Shown here in pieces: positions 7,773-15,226 of a stretch of DNA of 20,000 nt; positions within the stretch are counted from its first letter, which is position 1; each line of letters starts with the position of its first letter. The position numbers and the translations under genes were made by a program. The DNA is from an uncultured virus (IMG/VR IMGVR_UViG_3300042467_002820) (taxonomy: Duplodnaviria; Heunggongvirae; Uroviricota; Caudoviricetes). Below the pieces are notes generated by a model that ran no database searches, was not told the DNA's origin, and saw nothing but the letters and a program-made list of their open reading frames with translations. The DNA is taken from the IMG/VR virus record IMGVR_UViG_3300042467_002820, one strand, 5' to 3'.

Positions 7773-7924
7773 TGGACCCGGCCGTCCGCGAAAACTGGCG
7801 CAAGATCAGGGACGCGCTAGAAGCGGCAGGAAAAACTGACAACTGGTACTACAAGCGCGCTGTTGCCATCCTCGCCGGGAGGCCCGATCCTCTCGGCGAT
7901 GGGCCAACACTTCCCGGTGGTTAG
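7772..7924 (+). CDS. Hypothetical protein (50 aa)
   Basis: TAATG coupling; MDPAVRENWRKIRDALEAAGKTDNWYYKRAVAILAG... Confidence 0.65.
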   Translation: MDPAVRENWRKIRDALEAAGKTDNWYYKRAVAILAGRPDPLGDGPTLPGG

Positions 7925-7948
7925 GATCCTTTGGTTGCAAGGCGGCGC

Positions 7949-8212
7949 ATGGAGCGAGAAGTATCCCACGCTGAGATCTACAGGGAGCTCGGTGTGCTCC
8001 AAGGCAAGATGGACGCCATCCTGCTGAGCCAAACACGAGACGACGACGAGAAAAAGAACATCTTTGAGCGCATTGGAAAGCTCGAGACACGCATGGCGCA
8101 GGTGGTGCTTGTAGCTGTCATTGCAAGCTTGGTGCTGCCGCCCTTGGCATCATTCATGGGCCAGCACCTGCAGCTCAACCTCAAACCGACGACTGCCGTC
8201 ATCAACAGATAG
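7949..8212 (+). CDS. Coiled-coil plus single TM protein (XhlA/holin-like)
   Basis: Heptad-like N-terminus followed by hydrophobic 'VVLVAVIASLVLPPLASFM'; lies upstream of the endolysin. Confidence 0.55.
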   Translation: MEREVSHAEIYRELGVLQGKMDAILLSQTRDDDEKKNIFERIGKLETRMAQVVLVAVIASLVLPPLASFMGQHLQLNLKPTTAVINR

Positions 8213-8235
8213 GGCTAGCCTGAAGGAGACCTGCC

Positions 8236-8388
8236 ATGCCCGGCAACATGGATCCCAACACCGTCGCGATCATTGCGATCGTCGTCGCGGCAGCCTCTGA
8301 AGCCATTGCTCTGAGCCCCCTGCGCGCCAACAGCGTTGTTCAGCTCGTTCTGCAGTTCCTGCGCCTTGCATTCCCAAAAAAGCGCTGA
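8236..8388 (+). CDS. Putative holin (46-50 aa)
   Basis: AAGGAG RBS; in-frame ATGs at 8236 and 8248; MDPNTVAIIAIVVAAASEAIALSPLRANSVVQLVLQFLRLAFPKKR with a basic C-terminus, directly before the endolysin. Confidence 0.6.
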   Translation: MPGNMDPNTVAIIAIVVAAASEAIALSPLRANSVVQLVLQFLRLAFPKKR

Positions 8389-8394
8389 GCGCCC

Positions 8395-9570
8395 GTGAGC
8401 AACGCCGCCCCGATCAGTCTCGAGCAGCTGTTCCGCTACTACAAAGCCCTGCCCCATCAGGCGGCGGCCGTCGTAGAGCTGCAGAACGACTTGCGCGAAA
8501 ACGGCTACGCCGCCGCGATGCGTCGCGATAGGCCGTGGTTTGCTACGTGGAGCCAAGACGGCAAGCAGGCTGACCTGGCTCCGGCGCTTGCCATCATCAA
8601 GTCATTCGAGGGCTGTCACCTCGAGGCGTACCCAGATCCGCTGCACGGCTGGAACGTGGCCACGATCGGCTACGGCACCACCCGCTACAACGACGGGCGC
8701 AAGGTGCAGAAGGGCGACAAGATCAACGCGATCGAGGCCGACATGCTCCTGCGCCAGGAGGTCGATCGCATTGCCGCCAAGCTGGGCACCACCGTCCCCT
8801 TCTGGAAGGAGATGGGCGACTGTCAGAAGTCCGCGCTGATCTCCTTTGCCTACAACCTTGGCTCAGGCTTCTACGGCACCGAGGGCTTCAAAACCATCAG
8901 CGGTGCATTGCGCGACAAGCGCTGGAAGGATGTGCCCGCAGCGATGTTGCTCTACCGCAATCCCGGCACCAGCGTTGAAGCCGGCCTGAAGCGCCGCCGC
9001 AAGGCCGAAGGCGATCTCTGGCTTCAGGACATGGACGAGATGCCGGAGGAGCCGGTGCGTCTCGGCGTGCCCTACTTCAGCCAGCGCGACAACAAGTCCG
9101 GCCAGGGTTACCGCGAGTGCTTCTCGTCGAGCTGCGCAATGATCGCCGCCTTTTATGGCAAGGTCAAAACCGACGACGAGTACAACGCTGCTCGTGCGAA
9201 ATACGGCGACACCACCGAGCCCATTGCGCAGGTGAAGACACTGCAGTCGCTGGGGCTCAATGCGCGTTTCACTCAGAAGTGCTCGATCGCCCAGCTCGAG
9301 GCTGAGATCCAAGCCGGCCGGCCCATCGCTGTTGGCTGGCTGCACCATGGCACAGCCGCAGCGCCTACCGGTGGCGGCCACTGGACCGTGGCGATCGGTT
9401 TCAACCCGACGCAGATCGTTCACAACGACCCCTACGGCGAATGCGATCTGCTGAACGGCGGCTACCTCAACGCCAACGGCGCCGGCATCGGTTACAGCCG
9501 CAAGAACTGGCTGCGCCGGTGGGAAATCGAAGGCCCCGGCACTGGCTGGGCCGTACTGGTCTCAAAGTGA
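8395..9570 (+). CDS. Endolysin: GH24 lysozyme domain fused to a C39-like peptidase domain
   Basis: 'FEGCHLEAYPDP...TIGYGTT' (GH24 E/D/T), 'ALISFAYNLG', 'GLKRRRKAEGDLW'; then 'VPYFSQRDN...ECFSSSCAM...GGHW...NDPYG' (Cys-His-Asp). Confidence 0.9.
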   Translation: MSNAAPISLEQLFRYYKALPHQAAAVVELQNDLRENGYAAAMRRDRPWFATWSQDGKQADLAPALAIIKSFEGCHLEAYPDPLHGWNVATIGYGTTRYNDGRKVQKGDKINAIEADMLLRQEVDRIAAKLGTTVPFWKEMGDCQKSALISFAYNLGSGFYGTEGFKTISGALRDKRWKDVPAAMLLYRNPGTSVEAGLKRRRKAEGDLWLQDMDEMPEEPVRLGVPYFSQRDNKSGQGYRECFSSSCAMIAAFYGKVKTDDEYNAARAKYGDTTEPIAQVKTLQSLGLNARFTQKCSIAQLEAEIQAGRPIAVGWLHHGTAAAPTGGGHWTVAIGFNPTQIVHNDPYGECDLLNGGYLNANGAGIGYSRKNWLRRWEIEGPGTGWAVLVSK

Positions 9571-9636
9571 CGTTTTGCGACTGAATCGAGACTCGGGCCC
9601 GGCGGCCGGTATCTTGGGGCATCACCCGCGACCCGC

Positions 9637-10155
9637 ATGATCCTTCACGACCTCGAAATCAAGCGCTTCTGCGAAGAAGAGCGGATGATCGTCCCGTTCG
9701 ACCTCGACCAGCTCAACCCGGCCAGTTACGACCTGCTGCTGGGCAACGAGATCATGATCGAGAGCGCCACCAGCGATGAGCTGATCCGCGTCGACATCAG
9801 CGACTGCGATGAGGACAACCCCTGCCTGCTGAAGCCCGGCCAGTGGATCCTTGCGGAGACCTGGGAGACGTTCAACATGCCCAACGATGTGGCAGGGTTC
9901 TTCTTTCTCAAGTCGAGTCGCGCTCGCGAAGGTCTGGAGCACAGCCACGCCGGCTTCGCCGACCCGCAATGGAACGGCTCCAAGCTGACGCTGGAGCTCA
10001 CCAACGCCCGGCAGTTGCGGCCGCTCAAGCTGTGGCCCGGCAAGAAGATCGGTCAGATGGTCTTCATGCTGACGGCAGGGATCCCGGACATCTCCTACGC
10101 CGAAAAAGGACACTACAACCTGCAGCCCCGCGTGATGCCGTCATGGGAAGCCTGA
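9637..10155 (+). CDS. dcd: dCTP deaminase
   Basis: 'LNPASYDL', 'KSSRAREG', 'AGFADP.WNG..LTLELTN', 'IGQMVF', 'Y..KGHY..Q'. Confidence 0.9.
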   Translation: MILHDLEIKRFCEEERMIVPFDLDQLNPASYDLLLGNEIMIESATSDELIRVDISDCDEDNPCLLKPGQWILAETWETFNMPNDVAGFFFLKSSRAREGLEHSHAGFADPQWNGSKLTLELTNARQLRPLKLWPGKKIGQMVFMLTAGIPDISYAEKGHYNLQPRVMPSWEA

Positions 10156-10874
10156 TTGACTCCCGTTTCCGCGTCGATGCCCTCAACTGGACGATGGCGC
10201 CCGAGCAGCTCGTCTGGCAGGCTATGCACCAGGACTACTACGAGGGCTCGGTGCTTGATTGCGTTGCTCCGGAAGACCAGGAGGCTGGCCGGCTGGTGGT
10301 GAAGCACCTGCTAGCCGGTGAGCGCGGCCACTACGGCCCGCTCGAGCACCCGAGCATCACACTGGGCGTCGCAGGCTTTCCGCATTCGGTGATGCAGCAG
10401 GCACGCACGCATCGCGTGGGTATCAGCTTTGACGTGCAGTCGATGCGCTACACCGGCAAGCGGATTTGCAAGGTGGCAGAAGGCAAAGCTGATGTTGAGG
10501 ACGTGTTCTATTTGCGCCCGCTGGGCGAGTACCGTGATAGGCAGGGTAAAAAGTACATCTACACGGAGTCTCAACGAGAAGCCGACCTTGAAATGTGTTT
10601 CGGCGCCGCACAGGTTTACTGGAACCGCCTGAGGGTCGGCTGGGCCGAAGAACACGCTCGCGGCATGATCCCCTTCGACTTCCGCCAAAACTTCGTCGTC
10701 ACCTTCAACCTGCGCTCGGCGCTCCACTTCATGGATCTGCGCTCCAAGGCTGATGCACAGCCTGAGATCCAGGCCATGTGCGATCTGATGTGGCCAGTAA
10801 TCCACCGGTGGACACCGGAAATCGCCGCCTGGTACGAGCGCACTAGGCTGCACAAAGCCCGCCTGGCCCCATGA
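10143..10874 (+). CDS. thyX: Flavin-dependent thymidylate synthase
   Basis: 'GHYGPLEH', 'QQARTHRVGISFDVQSMRY', 'EEHARG', 'FNLRSALHFMDLR...AQPEI'; likely start ATG 10143, overlapping the end of dcd. Confidence 0.92.
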   Translation: MGSLIDSRFRVDALNWTMAPEQLVWQAMHQDYYEGSVLDCVAPEDQEAGRLVVKHLLAGERGHYGPLEHPSITLGVAGFPHSVMQQARTHRVGISFDVQSMRYTGKRICKVAEGKADVEDVFYLRPLGEYRDRQGKKYIYTESQREADLEMCFGAAQVYWNRLRVGWAEEHARGMIPFDFRQNFVVTFNLRSALHFMDLRSKADAQPEIQAMCDLMWPVIHRWTPEIAAWYERTRLHKARLAP

Positions 10875-11173
10875 GATTCGCCTCTCGCGACGGCACAGTC
10901 ACGTTTGAGGAAGGGCTCGAGACTGCCTACGAGCTGTTTCGTGATGGTCGCATCTTGGATGCGGCCATGATGTTCCTCGTCTATGCAGACCCCGACGCGA
11001 TCGGCATCGTCGGCGAGAGCGAATACGACGCTCTCGCTGCGCATTTCAAAGAAATGATGGCGTACGTAAAGCTGTACCAGATGATCTGCGACGAGCTCGC
11101 GCAGCCACTGCTCAGCGAAGACGGCAAGCCGGCCTACATGGTCGGGCCGGCAGCCGAGGACGACGAATACTAG
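10871..11173 (+). CDS. Acidic hypothetical protein (100 aa)
   Basis: ATGA coupling to thyX; convergent with the integrase. Confidence 0.6.
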   Translation: MRFASRDGTVTFEEGLETAYELFRDGRILDAAMMFLVYADPDAIGIVGESEYDALAAHFKEMMAYVKLYQMICDELAQPLLSEDGKPAYMVGPAAEDDEY

Positions 11174-12270
11174 ATCTGATCAGCCACGGCCCTCGCCATA
11201 GCCTGCGCCCCATCCTCGAGCAGGTGCGCATAGCGGCTGGTGGTCAGCGGGCTGGCGTGACCAAGCAGATTGCCGACCTGCGGCAGCGTCAGGCCGACCT
11301 TGGTGATCGCCACCGAGGCCCAGTGGTGCCTCAAATCGTGGCATTTGAGATCCTTGATTTCGGCAAGCACCATCAGCTCTTCCCATAGGTTCTGATACCC
11401 CACCAGATAGCCATCGTCCTGCCCTGCGATAATCCATTGTGTATTCGATCTGAGTCTCAGTTCTCTCAAGATGAGAATTCCTGCAGGAGGAATATGCACT
11501 ACACGTTTTTGGCCAGTGTGCTCACCAGTTTTGTGATGCTCGGCGGGAATCGCCAGCAAGCCTGCCTTCTCGTCGAACCACTCCCATCTGGCACGGCAGA
11601 TTTCGCTCACGCGGCACCCCGTCAGCATCAGCAGTCGCACCAGTTGAGCGAACCGCCAGCGCAGTGGCGAGGTGGCTATCGCGCCCAGTGCGGCCACCAG
11701 CCGCTGCCGCTCTTCGCCTGACAGATAACGCCGCCGCTTGCGCTCGGTGTTGGCCGGCACCTTGGCGCAAGGATTGTCCGCTCGCAGGCCCCACAGGATC
11801 GACAGGTTGAACGCCTTGCGCAGCACCGCCAGCGTCCGGTTGGCCTGGATGGGCCGGATGCGCGAGAGCAGCCGCATCACGTCGGCGCTGGTGATCATCT
11901 GCACCTTCTGGCGGCCCAGTTTCGGGATGATGTGAACGTCCCAGATGCTCTGGTAGTTCTTCGCCGTGCCCGGCCGCAGTTTGGGATAGTGCTCGGCCAG
12001 CAGGCGCTGGTACAGATCGGTCATGTCAGGGCCGCGGCGCAGCTCCTGGCGGGCGCTGGTGGGTGCATGCCCACGCGCCACGGCGGCAAGGATCTTGTGC
12101 GCCTCTTCGCGGGCCAGTGTGCGGTTGAGGATGTCAGCCCGACCGATCTTGTGATGCTGCTGCTTGCCGCTCGGTTCGCGGTAGCGCAGGTACCAGGTTT
12201 CGACCCCGCTCGGCAGCACCAGCAGGCCCAGTCCGGTGACCTTTGAATCGGGCTTCCACTCACGTTTCAT
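11170..12270 (-). CDS. int: Phage integrase (tyrosine recombinase with N-terminal arm-binding domain)
   Basis: GGAGG upstream of ATG 12270. Arm domain 'DSKVTGLGLLVLPSGVETWYLRYR...KIG'; catalytic 'LTGCRVSEI', 'HKTG', 'HDLRH', 'LLGH...TT.RYAH'. Confidence 0.93.
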   Translation of the reverse strand: MKREWKPDSKVTGLGLLVLPSGVETWYLRYREPSGKQQHHKIGRADILNRTLAREEAHKILAAVARGHAPTSARQELRRGPDMTDLYQRLLAEHYPKLRPGTAKNYQSIWDVHIIPKLGRQKVQMITSADVMRLLSRIRPIQANRTLAVLRKAFNLSILWGLRADNPCAKVPANTERKRRRYLSGEERQRLVAALGAIATSPLRWRFAQLVRLLMLTGCRVSEICRARWEWFDEKAGLLAIPAEHHKTGEHTGQKRVVHIPPAGILILRELRLRSNTQWIIAGQDDGYLVGYQNLWEELMVLAEIKDLKCHDLRHHWASVAITKVGLTLPQVGNLLGHASPLTTSRYAHLLEDGAQAMARAVADQI

Positions 12271-12281
12271 GCGTCCCTCCA

Positions 12282-12507
12282 TTCGCGCACTATTCGCGCA
12301 GATTTGCGCGAATTTGCGGTAAATTGCGCGAATCAGCCGAAAAACGCAATAGCGGATCTTGTTGATGAATCAGATGTTTAATGAGTTTGCGTGAAGTTGC
12401 GTGAGACTTCCGAAAGAGACTTTTAATCAGTTGATCAGGCTGATTTTTGTGAGTGAAAACAAGGGGTTAGGCAGTAGCAGAAATCACGTTCGCGCAGTAT
12501 TCGCGCA
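12282..12507. other. attP-like region: arm-type repeats, IHF-like sites and a tRNA-Lys anticodon-like core
   Basis: TTCGCGCA at 12282, 12293, 12489 and 12500; inverted TGCGCGAA at 12305 and 12325; WATCARNNNNTTR match at 12368-12380; GACTTTTAATCAGTTG at 12418-12433. Confidence 0.75.
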
Positions 12508-12514
12508 AGCTTTC

Positions 12515-12588
12515 GGGCCCATAACTCAACGGTAGAGTGGCGAACTTTTAATTCGCAAATCTCGGTTCAACTCCGAGTGGGCCTACCA
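12515..12588 (+). tRNA. trnK: tRNA-Lys (anticodon TTT) with encoded CCA
   Basis: Acceptor GGGCCCA/TGGGCCT, D arm ACTC-AACGGTA-GAGT, anticodon arm GCGAA-CTTTTAA-TTCGC, T arm CTCGG-TTCAACT-CCGAG, discriminator A then CCA. Confidence 0.93.
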
Positions 12589-12666
12589 ACCAAAACCCGC
12601 AGTGATCCCAAAGAAATCGTTGCATCCCGTCACGGTCGCTACCGTGGTGCAAGCCGCGGCGCCACT

Positions 12667-12900
12667 GTGCCGACCTACCTGCTCGAGGTGGCCGCCAAGG
12701 TTGTTGTGCATAGCGACGAGGACTCCATCGAGGAGTTCATCGAGAACACCTATGCGCGCATTGTCGAGTTCGTCCCCAGCGACGAGCACATCGTCGATAT
12801 CGAGCTGGATGCCTTTCCCCTACCCCAGGAGCCAGGTGGATCATCAGATCTCGGAGACGGAGCTGATCACGAGGAAGGAGGCGAGGCTGCGGTTTCGTGA
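12667..12900 (+). CDS. Acidic hypothetical protein
   Basis: Likely GTG start (MPTYLLEVAAKVVVHSDEDSIEEF...); GC3-rich codon usage like neighbouring genes. Confidence 0.55.
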   Translation: MPTYLLEVAAKVVVHSDEDSIEEFIENTYARIVEFVPSDEHIVDIELDAFPLPQEPGGSSDLGDGADHEEGGEAAVS

Positions 12901-13162
12901 TCAGATCCACCTGGCCTGGGACCACCGATGCGCATACTGCTCGGACCAGCTTGGCCGCAGTCCGACGCTCGATCACGTCATCCCCAAGGCGCACGGTGGC
13001 CTAACTGTCAGGGAAAACCTGGTCAGCTCATGCTGGCACTGCAATATCTCGAAGGGCCAGTCCCCTTGGATTGACTGGTATCGCAAGCAACCCTTCTGGT
13101 CCGCCGCCAACGAGTGGGCGATCGCGCAGTGGCTTGCTGGTGGTGCTAATTTGTCGGCCTAG
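12836..13162 (+). CDS. HNH endonuclease (small, Zn-binding)
   Basis: 'CAYC...TLDHVIPKAHGGLTVRENLVSSCWHCNISKG...W.DWY'; likely GTG start at 12836. Confidence 0.85.
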   Translation: MDHQISETELITRKEARLRFRDQIHLAWDHRCAYCSDQLGRSPTLDHVIPKAHGGLTVRENLVSSCWHCNISKGQSPWIDWYRKQPFWSAANEWAIAQWLAGGANLSA

Positions 13163-13183
13163 ACCTTTTCTGAGGATCTAGGC
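13157..13183. terminator. Hairpin between convergent transcription units
   Basis: GCCTAGA-CCTT-TTCT-GAGG-A-TCTAGGC overlapping the HNH stop; no clear U tract. Confidence 0.45.
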
Positions 13184-13258
13184 GGTACCGTAGCGGCCGG
13201 CTGCGGTGAGCCCTGTGGCGCGTGAGCCCTGGGCACCGGCCATCACATTCATGCCAAA

Positions 13259-13329
13259 GGGAAGCGGCTGGACTTGAACCAGCACTGAGTTCGGATTGTC
13301 TCCGCTGCCTCTGCTTGGGCTACGCTTCC
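13259..13329 (-). ncRNA. tRNA-like element with an aberrant anticodon arm
   Basis: Minus strand reads GGAAGCG-TA-GCC..GGC-A-GCGGAGACAATCCGAACTCAGT-GCTGG-TTCAAGT-CCAGC-CGCTTCC-C: perfect 7-bp acceptor stem and T arm, non-canonical anticodon loop, no CCA. Confidence 0.7.
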
Positions 13330-13365
13330 GGCCCGATGCCGAAGCAGAGCGGGAACCCGATCAGC

Positions 13366-13536
13366 TTATCGCGCCAGCAAATGGTCTAGATACAGCTCCG
13401 CTTGCCACATGTCGCTCGAGTAGCGACAGTAGCCATGGGCGCAGCTGCGGTAGTAGATCTCGAAACCCGGGCGATCCAGCGTCTCGATGTAGCCGCCGTC
13501 GCGTTCGGTGCGGCTGATCACTTCCGGGTCGGACAT
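13366..13536 (-). CDS. Hypothetical protein (56 aa)
   Basis: MSDPEVISRTERDGGYIETL...YYRSCAHGYCRYSSDMWQA; overlaps the end of the upstream gene. Confidence 0.6.
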   Translation of the reverse strand: MSDPEVISRTERDGGYIETLDRPGFEIYYRSCAHGYCRYSSDMWQAELYLDHLLAR

Positions 13537-13856
13537 GCCTTGAAAACCGAGCACTGCGCGGCGAATCTCCCACCAGTCTGGCGGGCTTCCGGCCAGCCGA
13601 ATCCGCATTGTGCGTTAATGCCCTCCCAGTGGATGCACTGCCAGCACATCGGTCGATCGTCAACGCGCTTGCTCAGCTTGCGTTTCAGATCGGCGTAGAT
13701 CCGCTCAGCCCTGAAGATTGCCTCCTCGGCATTGCTGGTCTCAAGACTGGCTTTTGTTTGGTGCTCAGGGCTGGCACCAAGCTTGATGCGAACATGCCAG
13801 ACGGTGCCCTGCTGATGCAGGACCATCCGCCCGGCATGAAATCGCATCATCCCCAT
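13518..13856 (-). CDS. Hypothetical protein: arm-DNA-binding-like N-terminus plus Cys-rich C-terminus
   Basis: 'VWHVRIKLG.....KASLETSN.EEA..RA..IY' followed by 'CWQCIHW...CGFGWPE...FAAQC'. Confidence 0.6.
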   Translation of the reverse strand: MGMMRFHAGRMVLHQQGTVWHVRIKLGASPEHQTKASLETSNAEEAIFRAERIYADLKRKLSKRVDDRPMCWQCIHWEGINAQCGFGWPEARQTGGRFAAQCSVFKACPTRK

Positions 13857-14413
13857 AAGGCCGCGTCGATCTTGCGACGGAATTGTTCAAGGCTGCCATC
13901 ATTTTGAATGACAACATCAAATCCGTCCCAGTCGTCGAGAGCACCTTCTGAGGGGTGGTCGGTGTTGCGCTGCGCTGATGGGCGGATAATCTTCCACATC
14001 TGCCCGCCGATCGCCTTGACCGCTTCGGCCTCGTTGGCAAACCGCACGTCGTCTGTCACGACGGTGTCATGACGTCGAACCCGTGCTTCCCAGCAGCGAA
14101 TCCACAGATCGTCAGCGATCTGCTGGCGGCCCCACTCGGTGCCGATCGTTTGTAGTAGCCAGCGGGCCGTGCAGCCGATCTCCGGGATGTGCTTGTGCTT
14201 ATCGACCCAGACCAGCTTGAGCGCTTCGTCCTCGCGGTAGCCGAAACCCTCTAAGAAGGTCACCGCCATGCGCTTGAGCGGCTCAGCAAAGCTGATCGGC
14301 TGGAAGCCACTATGGACGAGCACCGTTGCAGTGAAAGTTTTGCCCGACTGTGGCGCCGGGCTGTAGATGCCGATCACCTGCTGCGGCCGGTCGCGGTCGT
14401 AGTCGTTGTTCAT
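13847..14413 (-). CDS. Deoxynucleoside monophosphate kinase
   Basis: P-loop-like 'SPAPQSGKT', 'SFAEPLK', 'RWLLQTIGTEWGR', 'VTDDVRFANEA', 'HPSE' (T4 gp1-like family); ATGA-coupled start at 14413. Confidence 0.88.
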   Translation of the reverse strand: MNNDYDRDRPQQVIGIYSPAPQSGKTFTATVLVHSGFQPISFAEPLKRMAVTFLEGFGYREDEALKLVWVDKHKHIPEIGCTARWLLQTIGTEWGRQQIADDLWIRCWEARVRRHDTVVTDDVRFANEAEAVKAIGGQMWKIIRPSAQRNTDHPSEGALDDWDGFDVVIQNDGSLEQFRRKIDAALWG

Positions 14414-14622
14414 CGATCGAACGCCTCCGGGTCGATGCTCTGTACATCCCACCAAGCTTGCCGCGCCTCCTCGGCACCGCGCTGGCAGAATTCCTGCCAC
14501 AGGCCGGTGTAAGTGGAGTTCAGTGGGTGGCCGCTGGGCAGCCTGTCTCGGCCAGATTGTTCATAGAGGTGATCGAGGAACTCAGCCTTCATCTGCTCGA
14601 TCTTGGGGTGGCAGTCAAACAT
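14410..14622 (-). CDS. Hypothetical protein
   Basis: MFDCHPKIEQMKAEFLDHLYEQSGR...HPLNSTYTGLWQ; overlap-coupled at both ends. Confidence 0.6.
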   Translation of the reverse strand: MFDCHPKIEQMKAEFLDHLYEQSGRDRLPSGHPLNSTYTGLWQEFCQRGAEEARQAWWDVQSIDPEAFDR

Positions 14623-14812
14623 CGTGTCCAGCAAGCAAACGTGCATGGGCCATTGCCTTCGAGTGTGTGTCGAAGGACGGGCCCCAGGTAACAGTGGCGC
14701 CATCGAAGCACCACGGTTGGAACGCTAGCCCCAGTCCGCGGTCGACAGGATGGACGCCATAGCAGGGATGGTTCTGGCCTTTCCAGACGCCCTGCTCGGA
14801 TTGAATCACCAT
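14615..14812 (-). CDS. Hypothetical protein
   Basis: MVIQSEQGVWKGQNHPCYGVHP...FQPWCFDG; overlap-coupled. Confidence 0.5.
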   Translation of the reverse strand: MVIQSEQGVWKGQNHPCYGVHPVDRGLGLAFQPWCFDGATVTWGPSFDTHSKAMAHARLLAGHDV

Positions 14813-14964
14813 TGATCCTCCAAGCCAAGCACTTCGACATGGCAGTCGGGGTGCAGCTCGGCGGCCATCCAATGGGCGTTGGTGGCGGTGACGGCCCAGG
14901 CCAGCCAGACCCAGCTATCACCATCGGGTCGGGTCAGGCGGATGCGGTAGAAGCCGGGGGTCAT
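14806..14964 (-). CDS. Hypothetical protein (52 aa)
   Basis: MTPGFYRIRLTRPDGDSWVWLAWAVTATNAHWMAAELHPDCHVEVLGLEDQW*; ATGA-coupled. Confidence 0.55.
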   Translation of the reverse strand: MTPGFYRIRLTRPDGDSWVWLAWAVTATNAHWMAAELHPDCHVEVLGLEDQW

Positions 14965-15140
14965 GATTTGTCAGGCAAGGGGATTAGGCGCCACTCGGTG
15001 ACCTCTCTGTTCCAGTCTTCCCAAGTGTCTTGGTTGCACCAGCCACCGCACATTTGGCTCATGCGGCACGCCGGGAACCATTCGTTGTCAGAGCTGTTGC
15101 GCACCCAGTACCAGCGGTGCTCGATCAGCGGATCGGTCAT
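14961..15140 (-). CDS. Trp-rich hypothetical protein
   Basis: MTDPLIEHRWYWVRNSSDNEWF...EVTEWRLIPLP; ATGA-coupled. Confidence 0.55.
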   Translation of the reverse strand: MTDPLIEHRWYWVRNSSDNEWFPACRMSQMCGGWCNQDTWEDWNREVTEWRLIPLPDKS

Positions 15141-15226
15141 GGCAGGATTTTCTTGCAGAGGCAGATGAAGGCGATGCAGATCAGCCAGTAGGCGCCTGCG
15201 AGGTAGAGGGCGGTAGAGAGGGTCAT
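15137..15226 (-). CDS. 29-aa single-TM microprotein
   Basis: MTLSTALYLAGAYWLICIAFICLCKKILP*; ATGA overlaps at both ends. Confidence 0.5.
   Translation of the reverse strand: MTLSTALYLAGAYWLICIAFICLCKKILP

Noticed and set aside
9843..10142. 100-aa N-terminal extension of ThyX
   Set aside because: Lies wholly within dcd in another frame and has no ThyX-like content.
12602..12835. Long N-terminal extension of the HNH ORF
   Set aside because: Low-complexity shadow frame of the 12667-12900 gene.
13259..13329. Functional tRNA-Cys(ACA) or tRNA-Val(GAC)
   Set aside because: No canonical 5-bp stem with a 7-nt loop and U33 can be drawn, so no anticodon is assigned.
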